A stretch of 19,141 nt of DNA from Methanobacteriaceae archaeon (GTDB lineage: Archaea > Methanobacteriota > Methanobacteria > Methanobacteriales > Methanobacteriaceae), in NCBI GenBank assembly GCA_003558085.1, contig PWMT01000033.1, positions 1 through 19,141 on the forward strand, read 5' to 3'. Made by a program: the position numbers and the translations under genes. Of this stretch, positions 10,734-19,141 are shown piece by piece; positions within the stretch are counted from its first letter, which is position 1; each line of letters starts with the position of its first letter. The notes under the pieces are model-generated. The model saw only the letters and a program-made list of their open reading frames with translations, did not search any database and was not told where the DNA came from.

Positions 10734-11939
10734 TTGATTCTGAATATAAGAGTGGATCATAAAACTGCTGATATACGAACCATAGAAAGAAGTTCCAACA
10801 ACTTAGAAAACCTTATTCAGGATTTAAATAACCACCATAATATTCAGGAATATATCTCTCTTACTACTTGTAATCGTACTGAATATTATTTAGTGCTGCC
10901 TGATTTTGATCATGAAAATTTAAACTGGGATGGTTTTGAAAAAAAAATTGTGATTGAAAAAAATGAAAAAGCCCTCAGACATATTTTAAAATTAGCATCA
11001 GGTTTAGAATCGATGATTGTAGGTGAAGATCAAATATTAGGACAGTTGAAAGATGCTAAAAAAATAGCACTGAAAGATGGTTGTTGTGGGACAATATTAG
11101 ATACTGTTTTTACTAAGGCCGTTCATGTAGGGCAAGTTGTTCGTAGAAAAACCCATATCAATCGTGGATACGTTTCTATTGGCTCTGCTGCTGTTGAACT
11201 TGCAGAAAGCGTACATGGAGATTTGAAATGTAAAAAAGTGCTGGTGGTGGGTGCTGGGAAAATGGGTACTCTGGTGGCTAAAGCACTAGTTGAGAAACAT
11301 TTAAAAGCCATTGTAGTAGCCAATAGAACTCATGATCGTGCAGTTAAACTGGCTAAAGAATTAGGTGGTTATGCCATTCATTTTGATCGTTTTATGGAAG
11401 CAATGGAAGATGCAGATGTTATTATCAGTGCCACCGGAGCTCCTCACGCCATCGTAACTTATGATAAAGTTAAAGAAGCAGTAGAACCTTCTAGAAGGAG
11501 ATCTATGGTGATGGTTGATATTGCTAATCCACGTGATATAGAGGAAAACGTGATAGATTTAGGTGTTAAATTATTCAATATCGATGATCTGCGGGGTATT
11601 GCAGCTAAAAATCGTGATAAACGTGAAAAAGAAGCTCTTGAAGCTGAAAAGATTGTGGATGAAGAACTAAAGCTTCTTTTAAATTCACTGAAACATTTAA
11701 AAATCGAACCTGTGATCCGTGATATTAGAAGGGAAATGGAAATTATTAGAACTAAAGAAACCAAAAAAGCATTGAAAATCTTAGGAGACCTGCAAGGAAA
11801 AGAAATTGTTGTGGATAAACTTACTAAATCTCTGGTGGATAAAATATTTTATGATTTGGTATTAAATCTTAAAAAAGCAGCTGAAGAAGATGATGACAAT
11901 ACCATAGAAACTTGCAAAGAATTATTTTCACTTAAATGA
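10734..11939 (+). CDS. hemA: Glutamyl-tRNA reductase
   Basis: [33 protein letters not shown] and DIANPRDI motifs. TTG start with GGGAGG RBS. Confidence 0.97.
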   Translation: MILNIRVDHKTADIRTIERSSNNLENLIQDLNNHHNIQEYISLTTCNRTEYYLVLPDFDHENLNWDGFEKKIVIEKNEKALRHILKLASGLESMIVGEDQILGQLKDAKKIALKDGCCGTILDTVFTKAVHVGQVVRRKTHINRGYVSIGSAAVELAESVHGDLKCKKVLVVGAGKMGTLVAKALVEKHLKAIVVANRTHDRAVKLAKELGGYAIHFDRFMEAMEDADVIISATGAPHAIVTYDKVKEAVEPSRRRSMVMVDIANPRDIEENVIDLGVKLFNIDDLRGIAAKNRDKREKEALEAEKIVDEELKLLLNSLKHLKIEPVIRDIRREMEIIRTKETKKALKILGDLQGKEIVVDKLTKSLVDKIFYDLVLNLKKAAEEDDDNTIETCKELFSLK

Positions 11940-12012
11940 TTCCTTATGACATTTAATTAAATATTAGATTTATTTAATTTAATTCTACATTAAACATTTA
12001 ATAATTGAATAT

Positions 12013-12564
12013 TTATTCACCCCGATTAGTTAGGCCTAAAAATCTGCTAGTTAAATGGTCAGTTAAGGAGCTATAAAAAGCTGATCTTGATTTACCATTA
12101 TTATGGGCCATATTTAAAATAGACCCTTCAAATAATATGAAAAATAGGAGGGGGCATTATAACAATGATTAATATCAATAGTATAGGGGAATAGAAGTGG
12201 GTCAGAGTATCAGTCATGAAAGAAATAATAAGCAGAATCAAGGGGATGGATAGGTAAATGAAAAAGATAATGCTATCTTTAAATACATGCTCGAACAGTT
12301 TTTTAAGGTTATGGGAAGGAGCTAATTTATTTTCTCCTTTAACAGTTGATTCAATGATACTGAAAATATAGCCTGCCTGGATAAAAAAAATAAAAGCAAC
12401 CACGGTATGAAAATTAATATAATTTCTGCATAGGAGTTTTCTGGATTTAATTTGTCTAAAAAATCAGTGAGGATAAATAAAATACTCAGCAAAATTAATT
12501 TAGTCAGTCAGAAGCTGCATATTGACTGGAATCTAAAATTATTTTCCTTTAATGTTTTATTCAC
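12013..12564 (-). pseudogene. Degenerate DUF4013-like membrane protein gene
   Basis: Fragments in different frames read KE/IILDSSQYAASD/(W)TKLILLSILFI, QAGYIFSIIESTVKGENKL..LFEHVFK..IYLSIP, GSILNMAHNNGKSRSAF and TSRFLGL. These resemble DUF4013 architecture, with several frameshifts, stops and an apparent internal deletion. Confidence 0.6.
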
Positions 12565-12575
12565 CGTGAATAAAA
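12555..12575. repeat. Perfect 10-1-10 palindrome TTTTATTCAC-C-GTGAATAAAA
   Basis: Read directly from the sequence. Lies 22 nt past the AAA ATPase stop and overlaps the presumed start of the DUF4013-like remnant. Confidence 0.8.
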
Positions 12576-12597
12576 GAAAATTGAGGAGATATTTTGC

Positions 12598-13719
12598 TTA
12601 GGCAAACATGTGTTTAGGTTCATTTTTTTCCTTTGTATAGTTTTTAAGTGCATAATCTATATCTTCTTTATCCACAATATGTTTATCCTCGGATATGGCC
12701 TTATGCAAAGCAGTTTTAAGTAATTTTTCTTTAATATCTCTCCCTGACATTCCTTTAGATAATTGAGCTAATTTTAAAGTAGATACTTTAAGTTCTAATG
12801 GCATAGATTCTATATAATTTTGAATCATTTCCTTTCTCTCTGCCTCATCTGGTAATTTGAATTCAATTTCTTCCTCAAATCTGCTTCTAATAGCATAATC
12901 TAAAAGAGATGGATTATTGGTGGCTCCGATAGTAACCACCCCTTGATTTTCATTTATACCGTCCATTTCCGTTAAAACTGCATTGACCACTTCGGACACA
13001 TCGCCCCTTAAAGATTGAAATTTCCGATCCAGTGCAATAGCATCTATCTCATCGATGAATATTACTGAAGGAGATGTTTTAACGGCAATGTCAAATAAAT
13101 CATGTATATGTCTTGAACCATCACCCACATGATCTCCAATTAAACTGGTGGCTTTCACTAGATATAGCGGAACCTTTAATTCGCTAGACAAAGATTTGGC
13201 TAACATAGTTTTTCCGGTACCAGGAGTGCCATAAAATAATATGTTGCGAGGAGCCCAGTCCCTGAAGTGTTCTGGATCCTGCAAATACTTACTGATGATT
13301 TTGCATTTCATTTTAGCATGATCTTGTCCAATCACATCTTTCATTTTAATATTGGTTTCCGTATCTTTGATTTCAGTGATATCCTGATGATCAATTAAAA
13401 TAATAGAAGTGTTTTGGGTTATTTTAGAATTATTTGGATGGGCTTTTATGACTTTAAATGCATAATCAGGTAGAATTTTCTGATCAAATAAAAATGAACC
13501 CTCCACCACATTAAAGCCTTCCCATTGTTCCCTGGCATAAACTTCAAATAAATCTTTGTTCAAGGCCTCGATTTTTGGAGTATCCATTAAATTACAACTA
13601 AAAGGATAACCTATTGGTTGTAATACTACCAACTTAGATTCTTTCAAGGTATCGTTGGTACTGATGGATGATTTATTTTCAGATATATGGGCATCATATA
13701 TTATGTTATTAAATCTCAC
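12598..13719 (-). CDS. AAA+ ATPase, AMA family (Archaeoglobus and methanogens ATPase; COG1223-like)
   Basis: N-terminal LQPIGYPF (AMA GYPL-like), Walker A GTPGTGKT, Walker B IFIDE, and SRH ATNN..LD.AIRSRF. GTG start with AGGTGA RBS at 13730-13725. Confidence 0.88.
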   Translation of the reverse strand: MRFNNIIYDAHISENKSSISTNDTLKESKLVVLQPIGYPFSCNLMDTPKIEALNKDLFEVYAREQWEGFNVVEGSFLFDQKILPDYAFKVIKAHPNNSKITQNTSIILIDHQDITEIKDTETNIKMKDVIGQDHAKMKCKIISKYLQDPEHFRDWAPRNILFYGTPGTGKTMLAKSLSSELKVPLYLVKATSLIGDHVGDGSRHIHDLFDIAVKTSPSVIFIDEIDAIALDRKFQSLRGDVSEVVNAVLTEMDGINENQGVVTIGATNNPSLLDYAIRSRFEEEIEFKLPDEAERKEMIQNYIESMPLELKVSTLKLAQLSKGMSGRDIKEKLLKTALHKAISEDKHIVDKEDIDYALKNYTKEKNEPKHMFA

Positions 13720-13889
13720 TACATCACCTAAGTTAAAAAAAAAGTTGAATCGTCTGTTAATTAGTTATGTGCTGAGTACTTATATGATTTTTGGCCTTTA
13801 TAAAATAGTTTATCGATAATAAACTTATTTTTAATAAGATAAAATTAAGAAAATATGTTTACCTAAATAATAGAGGTAACTGTTTTTAG

Positions 13890-14092
13890 AAAATTAAAAG
13901 TTTCCTAGGGTAAGGGGATACATTTGGCTAAGGTAAGGAGGTAAATAAGCTTACCCTAGGATATGATTGATGTTAACAGTGATTTACAGCTAAAAACCCC
14001 TGGAGAAGATTTTGGCAGAAGAAATTAGCCAGGGGGTAGCTGAAATATATTCCATTATTGATTTTTTTTGGGTGTACCTAAAAATTCTATAG
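13890..14092 (-). ncRNA. Putative two-hairpin small regulatory RNA (ends inferred)
   Basis: 12-bp perfect stem 13903-13914/13950-13961. Second stem 13987-13992/14037-14042 plus 13997-14003/14029-14035. TATA box upstream on -, U-rich tract after the last stem, and no convincing ORF. Confidence 0.55.
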
Positions 14093-14138
14093 AGTATATT
14101 AATACCCCACCCTATATAAAAGTTTAGGTGTACCTAAA
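14067..14138 (-). promoter_or_regulatory. Promoter (TATA TTTTATATA, 14121-14113 on -) flanked by two palindromic operator-like boxes resembling DtxR/MntR sites
   Basis: TTTAGGT-GT-ACCTAAA at 14123-14138 (perfect 7-2-7) and TTTGGGT-GT-ACCTAAA at 14067-14082 (15/16 identical). Confidence 0.7.
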
Positions 14139-14148
14139 ATTATTAAAA

Positions 14149-14994
14149 TCAGATATTAACAATTTCATAAAAACAATTTTTGAGTTTAAGTGCATCCCGA
14201 TCAATAAGAGGAGTTTCACAGATAATTGTGGAACTCCATCCACTCTCCATTAAAATCTGTAAAAGAGGTTTTACTGGAGGCCCGTATTCTTTTTGGGAGA
14301 GTTTATGATGCTTCCTCTCACCAGAACTTCCAAATTCTATACGAGCAAAATGACAATGCAAATGATTAATATCCAGTTCTTGATCCAATTCATCCACTAT
14401 TTTCTGGTAATCTTCCCTGGAATTAATGCTTCCACCAGAACGGGCATGTAAATGAGCAAAATCAATGGTGGGCTGGAAATTTTCAAATGTTTGACAAAGA
14501 TTAATTATTTCTTCTAAGCTTCCAAGTTGAGATTTTTTTCCACTAGTCTCAGGAGAAAAAATAAAGTTTTTAATTCCCTTTTCATTTAATTGTTCTAGAA
14601 TTTGAGCAATAGATTGTTTACATTTTTCCAAAGCTATTTCCGGAGTATATTTAGTGTAGAACCCCGGATGAAAAACAATTCTATAAGCCCCCATCCATTC
14701 TGCTACCTGCGCTGATTGTACTAATCTTTGTATTGATCTATCTATAACCTTAGAATCAGAAGAAGATAAATTCACATAATAAGGAGCATGCATAGAAATT
14801 AAAACCTTATTTTTTTTAGCATTCTCCTGAAGTTCCTGGGCAGGCTTTTTAGAAATTCGAACCCCATAAGTAGCCTGATACTCATAAGCATCTAAACCTT
14901 CTGATGCTAGATAATCACATACTTCTGGCGTTTTGCCTTTATAATCTATAGGATTACCTGCCGGTCCAAATCTAACCTTTTTAGTCATTACCAT
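14149..14994 (-). CDS. Endonuclease IV (AP endonuclease family 2) TIM-barrel protein
   Basis: RFGPAG, SMHAPYYVNL, VFHPG, PETSGK, IDFAHLHAR, LHCHF, ERKH and ICETP metal-ligand motifs. Start could be 14994 or 14988. Confidence 0.9.
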   Translation of the reverse strand: MVMTKKVRFGPAGNPIDYKGKTPEVCDYLASEGLDAYEYQATYGVRISKKPAQELQENAKKNKVLISMHAPYYVNLSSSDSKVIDRSIQRLVQSAQVAEWMGAYRIVFHPGFYTKYTPEIALEKCKQSIAQILEQLNEKGIKNFIFSPETSGKKSQLGSLEEIINLCQTFENFQPTIDFAHLHARSGGSINSREDYQKIVDELDQELDINHLHCHFARIEFGSSGERKHHKLSQKEYGPPVKPLLQILMESGWSSTIICETPLIDRDALKLKNCFYEIVNI

Positions 14995-15130
14995 CAGTTT
15001 TAGTATTAAATATTATTATTAAAAGAAGGTTCTCCATCATGTATTTAGATAAAGCTAGTTATATATACTTACTAATATTGATTTTTTGGAAAAAAAGAAT
15101 AAAATAAAAGTTTTTAGAGGTAAACGGTTT

Positions 15131-16375
15131 ATGGAAATATTTGATGTAGCAGTAATCGGAGCCGGTCCTGCCGGTTGTATGGCAGCCCTAAGAGCAGCTC
15201 AGCTCAATAAAGAGGTAATCTTATTGGAGAGAAATGATAAGATAGGGCGTAAACTTCTATTAACTGGTCAGGGGAGATGTAACTTTACTAATATAGCAAG
15301 TTTAAAAGTTTTCCTGGAAATGTTTGGTAAGAGAGGTTCTTTTTACCGAGATGTCTTCTATAAATTTTCTAATTATGATTTGATTGATTATTTCCAATCT
15401 CGTGGACTTGGATATAAAGTTGAAGATTCAGGACGTGTATTTCCCATTACCGAAAAGTCTAAAACAGTAGTGGATATTCTAAAAAAAGATTTAGATGAAC
15501 TTCAGGTGAAGATATTATATAATTTTCGTTTAAAATATCTTAATAAGGATTCTGGAATTTTCCAATTATCTTCCACCAAAAATCAGTTAATCAAAGCTCA
15601 TAATGTCATAATAGCAACAGGAGGAGCATCTTATAAATCAACAGGCTCAAGTGGTGATGGTTTTAAATTTGCAGAATCATTAGGACATCACATAACCAAA
15701 TTAACACCAGGGGGAGTGCCTCTATTAGTAGAAGAAGAATGGGTTTTCCAACGTAAAGGTGTAACTCTAGAAAGGGTAGGGATGAGTATAGAATATGATG
15801 GAAAAATAAAACATTTACCTCGTGGAAATCTTCTTTTAACACATTTTGGTATTTCCGGTCCGGTTATTCTAGATATGAGTCATATGATCGTTGAAATTAT
15901 AGATATTTATGAAGATTTAAAGCTAAACATTGATTTTAAACCAGAAATCAATCAGGAATCATTAGAAACTCAGCTGATGGAAGATTTCCAGATTTATAGT
16001 AAAAAGAGTTTGAAAAATTATCTAAAACAACATCTGCCCCAAAGCTTAATCGAACCCATTTTACAGACTGTATCCCTTGATCCACAAAAAAAATTGAACC
16101 AAATAACTAAAAAAGATAGATTAAAGTTAATTAAAACTTTAAAATCACTTCAATTAACCATAATAGATAATCTGCCCTTAGATAAAGCATTGGTAACATG
16201 TGGGGGTGTATCAAAAAAGCAAATAGATCCTAGAACCATGGAATCAAAGCTGGTTAAAAACTTATATTTTGCAGGAGAGATAATTTCTGGATGTGGTCGG
16301 AGAGGAGGCTATAATTTGCAACAGGCATTTTCAACAGGATATGTGGCAGGAGAAAGTGCCTCAGGAAAGAAATGA
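15131..16375 (+). CDS. HI0933/YhiN/BaiN-family NAD(P)/FAD-dependent oxidoreductase
   Basis: GAGPAG, GRKLLLTGQGRCNFTN, GRVFP, ATGGASY, LLTHFGISGP, VTCGGV and GGYNLQQAFSTG motifs. GAGGT RBS at 15117-15121 favours ATG 15131. Confidence 0.92.
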   Translation: MEIFDVAVIGAGPAGCMAALRAAQLNKEVILLERNDKIGRKLLLTGQGRCNFTNIASLKVFLEMFGKRGSFYRDVFYKFSNYDLIDYFQSRGLGYKVEDSGRVFPITEKSKTVVDILKKDLDELQVKILYNFRLKYLNKDSGIFQLSSTKNQLIKAHNVIIATGGASYKSTGSSGDGFKFAESLGHHITKLTPGGVPLLVEEEWVFQRKGVTLERVGMSIEYDGKIKHLPRGNLLLTHFGISGPVILDMSHMIVEIIDIYEDLKLNIDFKPEINQESLETQLMEDFQIYSKKSLKNYLKQHLPQSLIEPILQTVSLDPQKKLNQITKKDRLKLIKTLKSLQLTIIDNLPLDKALVTCGGVSKKQIDPRTMESKLVKNLYFAGEIISGCGRRGGYNLQQAFSTGYVAGESASGKK

Positions 16376-16406
16376 ATTATGATCTTATAATTATATTAAA
16401 AAAATA

Positions 16407-16757
16407 TCAGGATTTTTTATCTAAATCTATAGCCTGTTTGATAAAGCCTTCCATTTGAGGACTTATATTGTACTCATCTTTTATTTTAAAATGTCTTATT
16501 CTTTTTCCAGTTCCTTCTATAAGCTGTTCCGGGTCATACAGATCAGTTCCCTTCCAGAATTCTAGATTTATATGATTTTTGTGTATTACTATGGCAAATA
16601 AGGGGCCATTTTTTTTATAGGTTAAATTATTCCATTTAATTTCTTCATCTAATTCCTTATCAATTTCTAATATTTTATTTCTGGTTTTAAGCGCCAATTC
16701 AGACATAGGATTATTAAATGAAGATAAATATTTCTCTACATCTACTCTTTGAGGCAA
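16407..16757 (-). CDS. DUF1801/YdhG-like small protein
   Basis: VEKYL, EEIKWN..TY, HINLEFWKG..L.DP..LIEGTGKRIRHFKI pattern. TTG start with GGTGA RBS. Confidence 0.78.
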   Translation of the reverse strand: MPQRVDVEKYLSSFNNPMSELALKTRNKILEIDKELDEEIKWNNLTYKKNGPLFAIVIHKNHINLEFWKGTDLYDPEQLIEGTGKRIRHFKIKDEYNISPQMEGFIKQAIDLDKKS

Positions 16758-16801
16758 ATTTTCACCAAAAATTAGTTAAAGAAAATATATTAGGGAATTA
16801 T

Positions 16802-17815
16802 TTATAAAATTCCCATTGCTTTATTGGTTTTTTGGACTGTTTTTTCAGGATCTTCTTCCATTTCCAATAAGGCTCTAATAGCATCTACGTTTTCAGGGAC
16901 TACATTGGATTCCTGGTGCACGGCCTGCATGTAGTACAGTTCACCCTCTGTGATATTTAAAGATTCCTGCCATACTGGTATTTCAAAAAGATCATTTCTG
17001 GAGCGTCCTAATTCTTTAGCATATTCCATGATCTCGGCAGTTGAACCTAAACCTTCATTGGCCTTAACCAGCATAACTCGCGATGTATCTTCCAGTTTTT
17101 TTATGATTTCCTCCACTTCTACCTGATTTTCAAGTTCCACCATTAAATTATGTTGGTGCATCAAGGTGGTGGGTACTAACAAGGCCACGGTATTGATGTT
17201 TATATCATACATAACTGTCTGTAGATCAGGTCCATGGTGTGATGGAACTGTGGGGGGGTTTGGTACAATAGAATTTAGTGGACCTACATTAATCTGGTGG
17301 GGATCGCCACCTCTTCGTACCATCACCGCTCTAACTTTTTTTATCCCGCAAAGATCATTTATTGGTTTTAAGGTACGAGTTAAACCGGTAGTATTACAGG
17401 AAACTACTCTTACATAATCCTGTCCAAATGAATCACTATAGTTAGCAAATGCATTAAAGGATAAACCTATATCCTCATGTTTTTCCCCACCCTGAAAAAT
17501 GGCTTTTAGGCCTAGATCTTTATACTGTGCTAGATTTTTGGCACCTACACCTCCCGGTGTACAGTCCACTACTATATCTGCTTTTTCTAGCATTTCATCC
17601 ACAGTGCCACTGATTTCAATTCCTGCATCGTGGAATAATTTTTCTCTCTCAGGAAAACTTATATATAAATCATATCCCTTTTCTACTGCCATGCGGGCTT
17701 CAAAATCAGGCTTGGTCTTACTAACCCCAATAATTTTTAGATCGTCCTGGGCAGAAACCGCATCAGCCACCCTTTTTCCTATAGTCCCATATCCATTCAC
17801 TACTACTGATTTCAT
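16802..17815 (-). CDS. gap: Archaeal (type II) phosphorylating glyceraldehyde-3-phosphate dehydrogenase
   Basis: [20 protein letters not shown], catalytic [16 protein letters not shown] and [14 protein letters not shown] motifs. AAGGAGGT RBS. Confidence 0.97.
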   Translation of the reverse strand: MKSVVVNGYGTIGKRVADAVSAQDDLKIIGVSKTKPDFEARMAVEKGYDLYISFPEREKLFHDAGIEISGTVDEMLEKADIVVDCTPGGVGAKNLAQYKDLGLKAIFQGGEKHEDIGLSFNAFANYSDSFGQDYVRVVSCNTTGLTRTLKPINDLCGIKKVRAVMVRRGGDPHQINVGPLNSIVPNPPTVPSHHGPDLQTVMYDININTVALLVPTTLMHQHNLMVELENQVEVEEIIKKLEDTSRVMLVKANEGLGSTAEIMEYAKELGRSRNDLFEIPVWQESLNITEGELYYMQAVHQESNVVPENVDAIRALLEMEEDPEKTVQKTNKAMGIL

Positions 17816-18345
17816 TTAACAACCTCCTTATAATATTCAGATATACATTAAAAAGCATATTATGTTGAGTTAAACATTTCCCCTTAATTTAATGGTGAGT
17901 TGAAAATTAAATCTGCTTAAACCTATATAGATATTCTATTAAACAGTGGATATAAATTTTATCCTGAAAGGTAATTTTTCTTCTAAATCCTGAAAATTAT
18001 AAGTTAATTTTAGAAATAAGCATAAGTGTTTATTTATTTAAAGTCAGAGTAATTATTTCCTTTTACTTATCCTTAATAGTAAATATTTAAGGATATTGAG
18101 AATATAATAATTTAAGAGATTGATTTTATGAATAATAATATCAGATATTCCTTTCTTAAATTAATTTATTTAAGATTACTATAGAAAGCTATTATCTACT
18201 TAGACTAATATTTAAACAATATACGGTTTAGAAAGTTTTCCCTGAATTCTTTCCAAGTAAGATTTTTAAATCATTGGAAGTAAAATATATTATTGGGAGT
18301 AAAAATATTATCTATCTTATAAAATAAAATGAATCATAAAATAAA

Positions 18346-18819
18346 ATGGTGATAGAATTGGATATAAAGGATAAAATCGTGGGAGAAGAAAAATTAGCAT
18401 TAATAAGTCACATCGGACCGCCTGAAGAAATGGGAATACTGATAGAAGAAATCGCATATTGGGCTGAGGAAAATCAAGTGAAAATAATTGGTCCGCCATT
18501 TGCTATTTATTATTCAAATCCTCAAAAAGTTCCTCCAGAAGAATTTAAATATGATGTGGGCTTTCCTATTCAAGATGAGGTAACTGGAACAGATAAAATA
18601 TTGATTGTGAGCATACCAGAACATCGGGTAGTTTATACTGTATATAAAGGTCCTTATGCTAATATAGACCGAGTTTATGATGCTCTCGTAAAATTCGTTC
18701 TAACTCATGATTATGATGTTATAGGTTCACCTAAGGAAATATATTTTAACAGTCCAGAAGAGGTAGCAGCTAGTGAATTATTAACTGAAGTTCAGTTCCC
18801 GGTTATAAAAAAAGGATAA
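18346..18819 (+). CDS. GyrI-like small-molecule-binding domain protein (stand-alone)
   Basis: HIGPPEEM, GPPFAIYY..P, YKGPY..I..VYDAL, EIYFNSP and TEVQFPV pattern of the GyrI/BmrR effector domain. No HTH domain. Confidence 0.88.
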   Translation: MVIELDIKDKIVGEEKLALISHIGPPEEMGILIEEIAYWAEENQVKIIGPPFAIYYSNPQKVPPEEFKYDVGFPIQDEVTGTDKILIVSIPEHRVVYTVYKGPYANIDRVYDALVKFVLTHDYDVIGSPKEIYFNSPEEVAASELLTEVQFPVIKKG

Positions 18820-18862
18820 AAAATTTAGGTTTTTTAATTTCTATTTCATTTTAAAATGAGTA

Positions 18863-19141
18863 TTAATCCACCATATCTTCATAATCATTGCTTCCCTCAT
18901 ACTCTATATGTACACAATTAGAGCTCTCACATATATGGCAATAGGGTCCAGATGGTGTTGGTGATGGTGTTGATTGGGTTTCTGGTTGTTGTTTTTCCCT
19001 TGTAATCGTAGTTAGTGGTGCAGGTAAGACTCCTGGTGTATTTATATTCACAATAGAACCATTAGGAGTTACCACTACTTCCATGGTACTGCCATCTGCA
19101 AATATAATCTCTAACACGTAATTATTATCCTCATCCCGTCG
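18863..19141 (-). CDS. C-terminal part of a hypothetical protein (5' end lies outside the window)
   Basis: The frame is open to the window edge (RRDEDNNYVLEIIFADG...). It ends with a P/T/S-rich linker, YCHICESSNCVH and an acidic tail. Confidence 0.7.
   Translation of the reverse strand, partial: RRDEDNNYVLEIIFADGSTMEVVVTPNGSIVNINTPGVLPAPLTTITREKQQPETQSTPSPTPSGPYCHICESSNCVHIEYEGSNDYEDMVD

Noticed and set aside
12128-12403. 91-aa ORF as an intact membrane protein
   Set aside because: It appears to be an internal fragment of the frameshifted DUF4013-like remnant.
13963-14028. Plus-strand 21-aa ORF MIDVNSDLQLKTPGEDFGRRN downstream of AGGAGG (13936-13941)
   Set aside because: The SD-like sequence is ~21 nt from the ATG, which is too far. 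It is better explained as the anti-SD loop of a minus-strand RNA.
13990-14055. Minus-strand 21-aa ORF MEYISATPWLISSAKIFSRGF inside the candidate sRNA
   Set aside because: No RBS and it runs through hairpin 1. It cannot be excluded without ribosome profiling, but nothing supports it.
14067-14139. Two-copy repeat interpreted as a mini-CRISPR or IS ends
   Set aside because: Only two 16-bp copies, and no cas gene or transposase nearby. The spacer contains a TATA box, which fits operators better.
17816-18345. 530-nt AT-rich divergent gap between gap and the GyrI-like gene, with ATCCTGAAA repeated at 17961 and 17987
   Set aside because: No credible ORF, strong stem or array. A 9-bp repeat is within chance for this composition.
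600-18499. Antisense and overlapping ORFs in the track (e.g. 743-1114, 1263-1763, 5758-6090, 7805-8209, 9701-10051, 17166-17417, 17499-17819, 18317-18499)
   Set aside because: They are shadow frames of well-supported genes, with no motifs or RBS.

Overview
AT-rich archaeal chromosomal segment from a hydrogenotrophic methanogen, most consistent with Methanobacteriales (Methanobacterium-like). It carries a housekeeping/methanogenesis block: mreB, rnhB, exbB-like, exbD-like, purO, cofE, cofD, GTP cyclohydrolase III, Dus-like TIM barrel, atwA, methanogenesis marker 9, sirC-like and hemA on +, then an AMA-type AAA ATPase, an endonuclease IV-family gene and gap on -. From recall, this order resembles Methanothermobacter MTH1024-MTH1009; it was not checked here. 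Accessory-looking pieces are a decayed DUF4013-like gene, an HI0933/BaiN-family flavoprotein, a DUF1801-like gene, a GyrI-like protein and a partial ORF at the right end. The top candidate for novelty is an unannotated ~200-nt minus-strand element at about 13890-14140. It has a TATA box bracketed by two near-identical palindromes resembling DtxR/MntR operators, followed by two GC-rich hairpins, one with an anti-Shine-Dalgarno (CCUCCU) loop. This is a putative metal-repressed regulatory sRNA. Also notable are an in-frame TAA inside atwA, a possibly structured atwA leader, and an ExbBD-like motor next to mreB in an organism with no outer membrane. No rRNA, tRNA, CRISPR array or transposase was recognised.
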